Of a DNA stretch of 64,000 bases, positions 39,069 through 52,360 are shown in pieces. The notes under the pieces were generated by a model. The model saw nothing but the letters and a program-made list of their open reading frames with translations, was not told the origin of the DNA and did not search any database. The DNA comes from Tubulanus polymorphus (Eukaryota > Animalia > Nemertea). Positions within the stretch are counted from its first letter, which is position 1, and every line of letters begins with the position of its first letter. The DNA lies in contig NC_134026.1 in NCBI RefSeq assembly GCF_964204645.1, positions 310,001 through 374,000 on the forward strand, written 5' to 3'. The position numbers were made by a program, and so were the translations under genes.

Positions 39069-39569
39069 GTTTTAATTGTCGTCTGCCGAAGCTCATGCCA
39101 AGACAAACCCCGGTCGCAAACTCTTCATTGGTCTATTACGTTGTTCAAGATTGCTTGGGTAGTCAGGTTGCCACTGAGAGGCCACCAGTCTATATATCTA
39201 GCCAATCAGATGCATTGTTTTTCGCCGGCAGATTTGCTACACATCTGATTGACTAGATGTAAAGACTAGTGGCTGCTTAGCATCAACCCGTCAACCGAAG
39301 ATATCTTGGACAACGTAAGATACCAATTAAGGGTTTGCCACCAGGGTTTGTTTAAGCGTGAAATTCGGTGGGCGACAATAAAACCCTGGTGATTGAGGAT
39401 GTACATATGAACACACAAGAAGCCAAACTTAATAGGCAGCATTATTATTGGGAGGTGCACCTGGCCTAATATATCGCGCGGTAAAAACCACTCTATCCGT
39501 GGTTGTGTAGTACCAGTAATTGATGATCATCGAGTGAGTGATTGGCCTGGCCCAGTTATTCCATTCTGA
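39069..39569 (+). pseudogene. Decayed coding-like exon of unknown family
   Basis: GC-richer island after the acceptor CTTGCCAG; one frame reads protein-like through several in-frame stops (VLIVVCRSS...EDILDNVRYQLRVCHQGLFKREIRWATIKPW...DWPGPVIPF). No family recognised. Confidence 0.3.
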
Positions 39570-40489
39570 AATCACTTGGGTTCCGATTATGATTAACAAA
39601 TAATATAAAATATTTCATCAAATTGATCGACACATTTTATCCGTGCTTGTACATGTTGTAAATTTATGAATAGCTTTTTATTTGTATATATTATTATTTG
39701 TATATATTATATTTCTTTTATATTATATTTTTTTTATTGATTTTGATTTCTACTTGTAAATATTTTTAGATATCTTTTTAACTTAAGATTTTAATGATTA
39801 TTTAAACATTTCAAATATAATCTTAAATTTTTAATTTTCTAAACTTCATAATATCTATACATCAAATCTATTTTAGTGCAAATTTTGATAAAGATTTAAT
39901 TGATAATTAATATTTTTAATTCTATTGAATAATTTTAATATTCAAAACAACAGAATGAATGCATTCAATCTTAGTTTAATACTGATATCACTTGTTGCCT
40001 CTATTGTTTTAACGAGATTTTAACCTATAAGTTTGGAGCATTGATATTATTTCATTGCATTAGTCCCGCCTCCTCATTTATGGCTGATGGTTGATTTCAG
40101 ATTTTCAGCTTCTGATAACATTAATATTAATTCAATGCTACGTTATGTTTTGTTGTTTTATTTCTTACGAACGTTTTCAAAGATGACTTTTTGTCGAATT
40201 GATATTTGGTAGTGCAGAGGTTGAGATAATTATACAATTTTATAGAATTGTCTAAAATACTGTACCTAGTAACATATAAGTAGTATTGCTAGTTTACCTC
40301 TATTTTCAAGTTGTCCTGTGGTACGACGTTAAACTGCCTCATTTTAACAATACGTTTTATCCATACATTTTATCAGTGATTTTTATCTATTTGTCCTGTG
40401 GTATGACGTTAAACTGCCTCTTTTTAACCGTTTTTATCCATATGTTTTATTGTTTTTACCCATATGTTTTATTGTTTTTATCGCCCCTT

Positions 40490-40970
40490 CTTTTTCTACC
40501 TTTCTCTATCCTTTCCCTCTCTGTCTCTATCCTTTCCCTCTCTGTCTCTATCCTTTCCCTCTCTCTATCCTTTCCCTCTCTCTCTCTAACCCACTAACTC
40601 TCTTCCTCTTTCTCTAACCCACTAACTCTCTCCCTCTTTCTCTAACCCACTAACTCTCTCTTCCTCTTTCTTTAACCCACTAACTCTCTCATCTCTCTCC
40701 TTTCTTCCTCTCACCCCTCTCCTTCATCCTTCCTCCTCTCTCCCTCCTCTCTCTCTCTCCTCACTCTCCTCTCTCTCTTTCGCTCTCTTTCTCTCTATCT
40801 TGTAAATATTGTAAATTTGTAAATAGTAGTTTTTATTTCTCTTGTAAATATTGTAAATTTGTAAATAGTAGTTTTTATTTCTCTTGTAAATATTGTAAAT
40901 TTGTAAATAGTCGTTTTTATTTCTCTTTTTAATTTTCTTGTAGATATTGTAAATTTGTAGATAGTAGTTT
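40490..40970. repeat. CT-rich low-complexity tract followed by a 42-bp tandem repeat (~4 copies)
   Basis: Direct reading; TCTTGTAAATATTGTAAATTTGTAAATAGTAGTTTTTATTTC units from ~40798. Confidence 0.9.
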
Positions 40971-41349
40971 GTTTTTTTCTTTTTTCATAATTTTCATCGG
41001 ATCTCACTTTATTCAATACAACAGAATGAATGCATTCAATCTTGGTTTCAAACTATTACTTGTCACATGCATTCGTAGCATTGATACCATTACGTTAGAT
41101 AAGTCCCTCCTCCTTTTGAATTAATATTTGAGAGAAGACTCGTTAAGCATGTAGTAATAAGCGTATTACATCGAAGACATTTTGTCACAGGTTGAAGAGC
41201 ATTTTATATCATATGTCAAGAAATAAGGATTGGATTGACGTTGCTTCCTGTGATCTCTGATCTGTAAGCTTGCAAATCTATTTAACCATCACTTGTTTGT
41301 AAAGGATTGAGTGTACTTTACCATTACTGGTTTGCAATATGCTTTACCA

Positions 41350-42225
41350 TCATTGGTTGCAGTTGTGAAAAATCATCTCATTGATTGTGCATACTTCCCC
41401 CTCACTGGTTGTCACTTCATTGGTTGCAGCTGAACAATCATCTCAATGATTGAGCTAATTTCCCCTCACTGGTTTGAAATATAATTCCCCCTCACTGGTT
41501 GCAGTTCTCTCCATTGGTTGCAGCTATGAACAATCATCTCATCGATTGTGCATACTTCCCCCTCACTGGTTGTCACTTCATTGGTTGCAGCTGAACAATC
41601 ATCTCAATGATTGAGCTAATTTCCCCTCACTGGTTTGAAATATAATTCCCCCTCACTGGTTGCAGTTCTCTCCATTGGTTGCAGCTATGAACAATCGTCT
41701 CATTGATTGTGCATACTTCCTCTCACTGGTTGCAGTTCACTCCATTGGTTGCAACTATGAACAATCATCTCATTGATTGTGCATACTTTCCCCTCACTGG
41801 TTGCAGTTCACTTGATTGGTTGCAGCTATGAACAATCATCTCATTGATTGTGCATACTTTCCTCTCACTGGTTGCAGTTCACTTGATCGGTTGCAGCTAT
41901 GAACAATCATCTCATCGATTGTGCATACTTTCCCCTCACTGGTTGCAGTTCACTTGATCGGTTGCAGCTATGAACAATCATCTCATTGATTGTGCATACT
42001 TTCCCCTCACTGGTTGCAGTTCACTCCATTGGTTGCAGCTATGAACAATCATCTCATTGATTGTGCATACTTTCCTCTCACTGGTTGCAGTTCACTCCAT
42101 TGGTTGCAGCTATGAACAATCATCTCATTGATTGTGCATACTTTCCCCTCACTGGTTGCAGTTCACTCCATTGGTTGCAGCTATGAACAATCATCTCATC
42201 GATTGTGCATACTTCCTCTCACTGC
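41350..42225. repeat. ~71-bp minisatellite with variant subunits
   Basis: Unit TCCCCTCACTGGTTGCAGTTCACTCCATTGGTTGCAGCTATGAACAATCATCTCATTGATTGTGCATACTT. Confidence 0.92.
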
Positions 42226-43224
42226 TGGTTTGCAGTTTTCAGTTTACATGATGTGTTTGATGATGATAAATGCTGGTTTTATCATTGGCTCTACGCGAAC
42301 AGTTATCAAAATGTTTGAAGCCTTTGCCAGACGTTTTGTGGGTTCGATCTCTCTAAGAAAAAGCTAAAAGGGATAAGGGTTTCAATTTGGAATACAGTTT
42401 GTCTCCTCCAGCAACAAACGTCCATAGTCTAGAATAAACTGATTTGCATTTGTAAAAAGCTTTGATAGGTGTATCGCTGCATTTCCTACTAGACTCCTCT
42501 CTCTCATCACGAAATATGAATTACTGCCAAATCAATTGGTGGTAATGAAAGTAAATTGTTACAAAACACTGCAAGTGGGTGTCTTGAAACAATGATACAT
42601 GTAATGAAACATTGATAGATGTACTGATCTTGCGGTTTGTTCTACCTCCTTCCTCTGCTACGAGGTGATATATCGTGCCATTTTTATATACAATATCAAA
42701 ATCATAGACAATTAAAATCGTGTGGTGGCATGGCTTCTCCTTTTGTTCTCTATAACCCCCGGTAATGGCCTTGCTATGACATCAAACGAGTATCAAATAC
42801 AGAAGATACTCCGTTATTCTCCTTTAAAAATGGAAAATACTGTTGTTTGCTACTACGGCAAATACTGTTGTTTGCTACTGCATGTTGCTCATTCCACTCT
42901 GTTCTAGGGGTGATATTGAGTTTTGGGGTCTCTTCTCCTTCCCTTGCCTTCTTGAATTGTTAAATAGTTGTGATTTACAATACTGATTACTTCCTTATTT
43001 GAAAACTACATGTTGCTGATGCTTGCTATCATTCAACTCTGTTTTGGTTGTGATATTGAGTTTTAAACGTTGTGTTAGGTGTACATGCCTCCTCTCCTCT
43101 CTCTCCTCTCTCATCAACAATTAAATAAGACACTCCTTGTTTATATACATTTAGTTCTTTGCTGTGGTTTCCTGAATAGAAAAGTTTGAAATTGCTCATT
43201 GATTGCAGCGCATTTCAAACTATG

Positions 43225-43420
43225 GATCAATTACTGCTAAATCAATTGATGGTGATGAAAGTTAAGTGTTACAAAACACTGTGGGTAAATTACTGGTAAA
43301 TCAATCGGTAGTGATGAAAGTTGGGTGTTACAAAACACTGAGGGTGAATTACTGGTAAATCAATCGGTAGTGATGAAAGTTAAGTGTTACAAAACACTGT
43401 GGGTAAATTACTGCTAAATC
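43225..43420. repeat. ~60-bp tandem repeat, ~3 copies
   Basis: AATTACTGGTAAATCAATCGGTAGTGATGAAAGTTAAGTGTTACAAAACACTG units; an older copy lies at ~42519-42572. Confidence 0.85.
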
Positions 43421-43424
43421 ATAA

Positions 43425-46400
43425 CTGATGGGCTCCTTTAATACTGCTGCTTGCTGCTGGGTGTTAATTGATACACTCTGTTTTGGGGTGATATTGAGTG
43501 CAGGAGTCTCCTCCTTCCTGCTTCAGCTGTCATGTAGAAACGTGACAAACAAACTGAATTGTCAGTGCGTTACAACACTGATGGGCTCCTTTAATACTGC
43601 TGCTTGCTGCCGGGTGTTAATTGATACACTCTGTTTTGGGGTGATATTGAGTGCAGGAGTCTCCTCCTTCCTGCTTCAGCTGTCATGTAGAAACGTGACA
43701 AACGAACTGAATTGTCAGTGCGTTACAACACTGATGACCTCCTTTAATACTGCTGCTTGCTGCTGGGTGTTAATTCTTACCACCTTTCATGAACTTCTTG
43801 AATTATTACATTAAACATTATTACAATAAGAATTATTACATTAAACATTATAACATCATGAATCATCCTCCTTAAATACTGCTGCTTGCTGCTGGCTCTG
43901 TTTTGGGGTGATATTGATCGCAGGAGTCTTCTCCTCCCTTCTTCAACTGTCATGTGGAAACGTGACAAACGAACTGAATTGTCAGTGCGTTACAACACTG
44001 ATGACCTCCTTTAATACTGCTGCTTGCTGCTGCGTGTTAATTAATACATTCTGTTTTGGGGTGATATTGAGTTCAGGAGTCTCCTCCTTCCTTCTTCAAC
44101 TGTCATGTAGAAACGTGACTAACAAACTGAATTGTCAGTGTGTTACAACACTGATGACCTCCCTTAATACTGCTGCTTGCTGCTGGGTGTTAATAAATAC
44201 ACTCTGTTCAGGGGTGATATTGAGTGCAGGAGTCTCCTCCTTCCTTCTTCAACTGTCATGTAGAAATGTGACAAACAAACTGAATTTTTAGTGTGGTACA
44301 ACACTGATGACCTCCTTAAATACTGCTGCTTGCTGCTGCGTGTTAATTAATACACTCTGTTATGGGGTGATATTGAGTTTTGGCGAGTTTTGCTCCCTGA
44401 TTATCTTTATTGCGACTTTACATTTTAAATGTATAAATATTCACAGCAGCTATCCATCGATAGCTTTGTGGTGGTTGAATCATTGAAATGTTACTGGTGT
44501 TGGTACATTGTATATATTGTAATATATGTCGGTGAAATGGGATTGATTATGTTTCCTGATCGTCCTTATTGCGACTTTACGTTTTAAATGTATAATATTC
44601 AAAACAGCTATCCATCGATAGCTTTGTGGTGGTTGAATCATTGAAATGTTACTGGTGTTGGTACATTGTATATATTGTAATATATGTCGGTGAAATGGGA
44701 TTGATCATGTTTCCTGATCATCCTTATTGCGACTTTACGTTTTAAATGTATAAATATTCAAAACAGCTATCCATCGATAGCTTTGTGGTGGTTGAATCTT
44801 TGAAATGTCGCTGGTGTTGGTACATTGTATAGATTGTAATATATGTCGGTGAAATGGGATTGATCATGTTTTGTGATCATCCTTATTGCGACTTAACGTT
44901 TTAAATGTATAAATATTCAAAACAGCTATCCATCGATAGCTTTGTGGTGGTTGAATCTTTGAAATGTCGCTGGTGTTGGTACATTGTATAGATTGTAATA
45001 TATGTCGGTGAAATTGGATTGATCATGTTTTGTGATCGTCCTTTTTGCGACTTTACGTTTTAAATGTATAAATATTCAAAACAGCTATCCATCGATAGCT
45101 TTGTGGTGGTTGAATCATTGAAATAATGCTGGTGTTGATTCTCTGTGTATACTGTATCAGCAAATATTATCACATAACGCATTTTAAAAGTGTTATACTC
45201 AAAGATGCTATATTTTGATAGCTTCACTTTGCTTCCTTGCACCTGAAGGTTGTTAACTGTCATATAGAAACGTGACAAACAAACTGAATTGTCAGAGTGT
45301 TACAAGACTGATGACCTCCTTTAATACTGCTGCTTGCTGCTGCGTGTTAATTAATACACTCTGTTTTGGGGTGATATTGAGTTCAAGAGTCTCCTCTTTC
45401 CTTCTTCAACTGTCATGTAGAAACGTGACAAAGGAACTGAATTGTCAGTGTGTTACATCACTGATGGCCTCCTTTAATACTGCTGCTTGCTGGTGGTGTT
45501 AATTCTTACCACCTTCCATGAACTTCTTGAATTATTATATTAAACATTATTACAATAAGAATTATTACATTAAACATTATAACATCATGAATCATCCTCC
45601 TTAAATACTGCTGCTTGCTGCTGGCTCTGTTTTGGGGTGATATTGATCGCAGGAGTCTTCTCCTTCCTTCTTCAACTGTCATGTAGAAACGTGACTAACA
45701 AACTGAATTTTCAGTGCGTTACAACACTGATGGGCTCCTTTAATACTGCTGCTTGCTGCTGGGTGTTAATTCTTACCACCTTCCATGAACTTCTTGAATT
45801 ATTACATTAAACATTATTACAATAAGAATTATTACATTAAACATTATAACATCATGAATCATCCTCCTTAAATACCGCTGCTTGCTGCTGGCTCTGTTTT
45901 GGGGTGATATTGAGTTCAGGAGTCTCCTCCTTCCTTCTTCAACTGTCATGTGGAAACGTGACAAACGAACTGAATTGTCAGTGCGTTACAACACTGATGA
46001 CCTCCTTTAATACTGCTGCTTGGTGCTGGGTGTTAATAAATACACTCTGTTCAGGGGGTGATATTGAGTGCAGGAGTCTCCTCCTTCCTTCTTCAACTGT
46101 CATGTAGAAACGTGACTAACAAACTGAATTGTCAGTGTGTTACAGCACTGATGACCTCCTTTAATACTGCTGCTTGCTGCTGGGTGTTAATAAATACACT
46201 CTGTTCAGGGGGTGATATTGAGTGCAGGAGTCTCCTCCTTCCTTCTTCAACTGTCATGTAGAAACGTGACTAACAAACTGAATTGTCAGTGTGTTACAGC
46301 ACTGATGACCTCCTTTAATACTGCTGCTTGCTGCTGGGTGTTAATAAATACACTCTGTTCAGGGGGTGATATTGAGTGCAGGAGTCTCCTCCTTCCTTCT

Positions 46401-49400
46401 TCAACTGTCATGTAGAAACGTGACAAACAAACTGAATTTTCAGTGTGGTACAACACTGATGACCTCCTTAAATACTGCTGCTTGCTGCTGCGTGTTAATT
46501 AATACACTCTGTTATGGGGTGATATTGAGTTTTGGTGAGTTTTGCTCCCTGATCATCTTTATTGCGACTTTACATTTTAAATGTATGAATATTCAAAACA
46601 GCTATCCATCGATAGCTTTGTGGTGGTTGAATCATTGAAATTTTACTGGTGTTGGTACATTGTATATATTGTAATATATGTCGGTGAAATGGGATTGATC
46701 ATGTTTCCTGATCATCCGTATTGCGACTTTACGTTTTAAATGTATAAATATTCAAAATAGCTATCCATCGATAGCTTTGTGGTGGTTGAATCATTGAAAT
46801 GTTACTGGTGTTGGTACATTGTATATATTGTAATATATGTCGGTGAAATGGGATTGATCATGTTTCCTGATCATCCTTATTGCGACTTTACGTTTTAAAT
46901 GTATAAATATTCAAAATAGCTATCCATCGATAGCTTTGTGGTGGTTGAATCATTGAAATGTTACTGGTGTTGGTACATTGTATATATTGTAATATATGTC
47001 GGTGAAATGGGATTGATCATGTTTCCTGATCGTCCTTATGCGACTTTACGTTTTAAATGTATAAATATTCAAAACAGCTATCCATCGATAGCTTTGTGGT
47101 GGTTGAATCATTGAAATGTTACTGGTGTTGGTACATTGTATATATTGTAATATATGTCGGTGAAATGGGATTGATCATGTTTTGTGATCATCCTTATTGC
47201 GACTTAACGTTTTAAATGTATAAATATTCAAAACAGCTATCCATCGATAGCTTTGTGGTGGTTGAATCTTTGAAATGTCGCTGGTGTTGGTACATTGTAT
47301 AGATTGTAATATATGTCGGTGAAATGGGATTGATCATGTTTTGTGATCATCCTTATTGCGACTTAACTTTTTAAATGTATAAATATTCAAAACAGCTATC
47401 CATCGATAGCTTTGTGGTGGTTGAATCTTTGAAATGTCGCTGGTGTTGGTACATTGTATAGATTGTAATATATGTCAGTGAAATGGGATTGATCATGTTT
47501 TGTGATCATCCTTATTGCGACTTTACGTTTTAAATGTATAAATATTCAAAACAGCTATCCATCGATAGCTTTGTGGTGGTTGAATCATTGAAATAATGCT
47601 GGTGTTGGTTCTGTGTATATATTTTGTAATATATGTCGGTGAAATGGGATTGATCATGTTTCCTGATCGTCCTTATGCGACTTTACGTTTTAAATGTATA
47701 AATATTCAAAACAGCTATCCATCGATAGCTTTGTGGTGGTTGAATCATTGAAATGTTACTGGTGTTGGTACATTGTATATATTGTAATATATGTCGGTGA
47801 AATGGGATTGATCATGTTTTGTGATCATCCTTATTGCGACTTAACGTTTTAAATGTATAAATATTCAAAACAGCTATCCATCGATAGCTTTGTGGTGGTT
47901 GAATCTTTGAAATGTCGCTGGTGTTGGTACATTGTATAGATTGTAATATATGTCGGTGAAATGGGATTGATCATGTTTTGTGATCATCCTTATTGCGACT
48001 TAACTTTTTAAATGTATAAATATTCAAAACAGCTATCCATCGATAGCTTTGTGGTGGTTGAATCTTTGAAATGTCGCTGGTGTTGGTACATTGTATAGAT
48101 TGTAATATATGTCAGTGAAATGGGATTGATCATGTTTTGTGATCATCCTTATTGCGACTTTACGTTTTAAATGTATAAATATTCAAAACAGCTATCCATC
48201 GATAGCTTTGTGGTGGTTGAATCATTGAAATAATGCTGGTGTTGGTTCTCTGTGTATACTGTATCAGCAAATATTATCACATTACGCATTTTAAAAGTGT
48301 TATACTCAAAGATGCTATTGTTTGATTGCTTCACTTTGGTTCCTTGCACCTGAAGGTTGTTAACTGTCATATAGAAACGTGACAAACAAACTGATTTGTC
48401 AGTGTGTTACAAGACTGATGACCTCCTTTAATACTGCTGCTTGCTGCTGCGTGTTAATTAATACACTCTGTTTTGGGGTGATATTAAGTTCAGGAGTCTC
48501 CTCTTTCCTTCTTCAACTGTCATGTAGAAACGTGACAAACAAACTGAATTGTCAGTGTGTTACATCACTGATGGCCTCCTTTAATACTGCTGCTTGCTGC
48601 TGGGTGTTAATTCTTACCACCTTCCATGAACTTCTTGAATTATTACATTAAACATTATTACAATAAGAATTATTACATTAAACATTATAACATCATGAAT
48701 CATCCTCCTTAAATACTGCTGCTTGCTGCTGGCTCTGTATTGAGGTGATATTGATCACAGGAGTCTTCTCCTTCCTTCTTCAACTGTCATGTGGAAACGT
48801 GACAAATGAACTGAATTGTCAGTGCGTTACAACACTGATGACCTCCTTTAATACTGCTGCTTGCTGCTGGGTGTAAATTCTTACCACCTTCCATGAACTT
48901 CTTGAATTATTACATCAAACATTATTACAATAAGAATTATTACATTAAACATTATAACATCATGAATCATCCTCCTCAAATACTGCTGCTTGCTGCTGGC
49001 TCTGTTTTGGGGTGATATTGAGTTCAGGAGTCTCCTCCTTCCTTCTTCAACTGTCATGTAGAAACATGACAAACGAACTGAATTGTCAGTGTGTTACAAC
49101 ACTGATGGACTCCTTTAATACTGCTGCTTGCTGCTGGGTGTAAATTCTTACCACCTTCCATGAACTTCTTGAATTATTACATCAAACATTATTACAATAA
49201 GAATTATTACATTAAACATTATAACATCATGAATCATCCTCCTCAAATACTGCTGCTTGCTGCTGGCTCTGTTTTGGGGTGATATTGAGTTCAGGAGTCT
49301 CCTCCTTCCTTCTTCAACTGTCATGTAGAAATGTGACTAACAATCTGAATTTTCAGTGTGGTACAACACTGATGACCTCCTTAAATACTGCTGCTTGGTG

Positions 49401-50230
49401 CTGGGTGTTAATTAATACACTCTGTTATGGGGTGATATTGAGTTTTGGCGAGTTTGCTCCCTGATCGTCCTTATTGCGACTTTACGTTTTAAATGTATAA
49501 ATATTCAAAACAGCTATCCATCGATAGCTTTGTGGTGGTTGAATCTTTGAAATTTCGCTGGTGTTGGTACATTGTATATATTGTAATATATGTCGGTGAA
49601 ATGGGATTGATCATGTTTCCTGATCGTCCTTATTGCGACTTAACGTTTTAAATGTATAAATATTCAAAGCAGCTATCCATCGATAGCTTTGTGGTTTTTG
49701 AATCTTTGAAATGTCGCTGGTGTTGGTTCTGTGTATATATTGTAATATATGCCGGTGAATTGGGATTGATTATGTTTCCTGATCGTCCTTATTGCGACTT
49801 ATTACGTTTTAAATGTATAAATATTCAAAACAGCTATCCATCGATAGCTTTGTGGTGGTTGAATCATTGAAATGCTACTGGTGTTGGTACATTGTATATA
49901 TTGTAATATATGTCGGTGAAATGGGATTGATCATGTTTCCTGATCATCCTTATTGCGACTTTACGTTTTAAATGTATAAATATTCAAAACAGCTATCCAT
50001 CGATAGCTTTGTGGTGGTTGAATCATTGAAATAATGCTGGTGTGGTTCTCTGTATATATTGTATCAGCAAATTATTATCACATTACTCATTTTAAAAGTG
50101 TTATACTCAAAGATGCTATTGTTTGATAGCTTCACTTTGGTTCCTTGCACCTGAAGGTTGTTATCTGTCATATAGAAACGTGACTAATGAACACAATTGT
50201 CAGTGTGTTACAACACTGATGACCTCCTTC
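43425..50230. repeat. Composite higher-order satellite: blocks of a 153/154-bp monomer and a 159-bp monomer plus linker, repeated three times
   Basis: A monomer period 153 (43428 to 43581); B monomer period 159 (46564 to 46723); linker at ~45140, ~48248, ~50047. B copy number is about 5, 11 and 4 in the three blocks. Confidence 0.95.
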
Positions 50231-50634
50231 AATAGGTGTTGATGGAAGTTACATGTTACAAAACACTGTCGGTAAATCACTGCTAAACAATTGTTTGTGA
50301 TAAAATTGAAATTTAGTGATCCCTCCCCCTCTTGAATTGTCAAGTTAATTGTGACATAAACTGAATTGTAAGTGACTTAAGGCTGGGGTGATATTGAGGT
50401 TTAATGCCTTCCCCTCCTTTCCCTTCTTGAATTGACAAGACTGAATTGTTAGTGACTTGATCATATTACTCCACTTAAGGAGTGATAAAATTGTGGGCGT
50501 CTTAACTCTGATGATGAGGTAAACCAGTTTCTAAATCTGTGAGCCGACAGTGTAAAAAACTGTTAGAATTCAAATTGCTTTAAACATCTTCAGAAAGATG
50601 GTTGATCATCGTAAACACTGGTGAAAACAATTTA

Positions 50635-50765
50635 CATCCCAATTTGCACCTGACGTCCCAATTTACACTTGACATCCCATTTTGCACTTGACGTCCCACT
50701 TTGCATTTGACGTCCAAATTTGCACTTGACGTCCCACTTTGCACTTGACGTCCCACTTTGCAGTT
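50635..50765. repeat. 19-bp tandem repeat, ~6.5 copies
   Basis: TTTGCACTTGACGTCCCAC units. Confidence 0.92.
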
Positions 50766-51079
50766 GCACCGACGCATCGATTGCACTAAACACTGGCACA
50801 CCCGCGGGTCCATGCGCATGGTTAACAAATTGATCAGCATGCAGCATGCCATCTTTGTGTGTGGAAATAATTTACAAACAGCTGTGAGTTTAAAATTAAA
50901 GAAGGTATGTTTGTGTCATTTCTTGTACAATCTCCAACAACGATGATGTAAAGAAAAACATAATGTCCATTTTATTATGTTGTAAAAATGAAAAGTGTTG
51001 CATAGTTAAATATTAATGAGTAAAATGAGAGAAAAGAGGAAGAAAGAGAGTCCCAGAGAGAGAAGCGTTGAATTGGTGT

Positions 51080-52360
51080 CTGTTGTCAGCAGAGATCGTA
51101 GGAAATCTCCACCCCTCAAACAGAAAGTTCAAGATGATACCGAAAGTTTCTGAGGTTCTGAGAAATTTCGCTAAGTCAAGACTATAAATCAGGTAAAATA
51201 TATATTGCTATAAATTGTTTTGTAGATAAGAATTGAAATTTCTTTTTTTAAGAATTATTCATTTTTTGTGTACATTATAGTATTGAGCTTGTGGTTGGCT
51301 GTACAATATCAGATGACGGGAAGATCAGATCAGAGATGCTGAACAATTTCTTCTTTCAGTGTTTGTCTGTAGAAATCGAAGGTATCTGAGGAATCTCCAC
51401 ATCAAACAGAAAGTTCAAGAATTACTAAAAGTTGCTGGAGTTCTGAGCACTTTCTTTTTTAAGTCATAAGTCTGAATTGACTATAATCAGGTATAATTGA
51501 ACTTGATATGAATTTCATTGTAGGAACAGCAGACTTAATGAAGCTGGTTACTTTTATTCTATGTATTTCTGTTGTAGCCAGTGGTTTGTCTGTTTGTTGG
51601 TTGTTGGTAGAGAGGAAAGGAACACATCGGAGTTCACAAAGCGTTCAGCAAATTTCTCAAGGTCCAAGTCATGAGTCTGAATTGACTATAAATCAGGTAT
51701 AATTAAACCCGATATGAATTTCATGGTAGGAACAGCAGACTCAATGAAGCTGGTTACTTTTATTTCATGTATTTCTGTTGTAGCCAGTGGTTTGTCTGTT
51801 TGTTGTGGTCGTTGTTGGTAAAGACATGTAATACTAGAGGAAAGGGAAACATCAAAGTTCTGGAAGTGTTGAGCAAATTTCTCCAGGTCGATGTCGTGAC
51901 TCTGAATTGACTATAAATCAGGTATAGTTGAAATTTATCTTTGGTGAAGAGTCTTAAAAATGATATCATTATTCATATTTTGTGTTTTGTCATTGTAGTA
52001 TTGAGCTTGTGGTTGGCTGTAGAACATCAAACGGCAGGAAAAGATCAGATCAGAGATGCCGACCAATATCTCCATCAATTCGGGACTTTCAGTGATTGTT
52101 ACCCTCGAGTTAGCGCAGTTCCGTAGATGCTGACCAGTTTCTCCGTCAAATTTGGACTTTCAGTGTTTGTTACCGCTAGTTATCGTAGTTCCAGAGATGC
52201 CGACCAATTTCTCCGCCAAATTGGGACTTTCAGTGTTTGTTACCACGAGTTATCATAGTTCCAGAAATGCCGAACAATGTCTCCGTCAAATCAGGACTTT
52301 CAGTGTTTGTTACTGCGAGTTAGCCTAGTTCCAGAGATGCCAAACAATTTCTCTGAGGCT
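51080..52360. repeat. Nested local duplications (~205-bp duplicate, ~73-bp x4, GACTATAAATCAGGT x4)
   Basis: Repeated blocks at 51180, 51479, 51684, 51909 and 52050-52350. Confidence 0.8.

Noticed and set aside
43425-49464. Hammerhead ribozyme in the 153-bp monomer (CTGATGA ... GAAAC) and Cys-rich ORFs
   Set aside because: GAAA sits in the loop of its own hairpin about 100 nt away and I could not form stems I-III; the ORFs reflect the 153-bp period.
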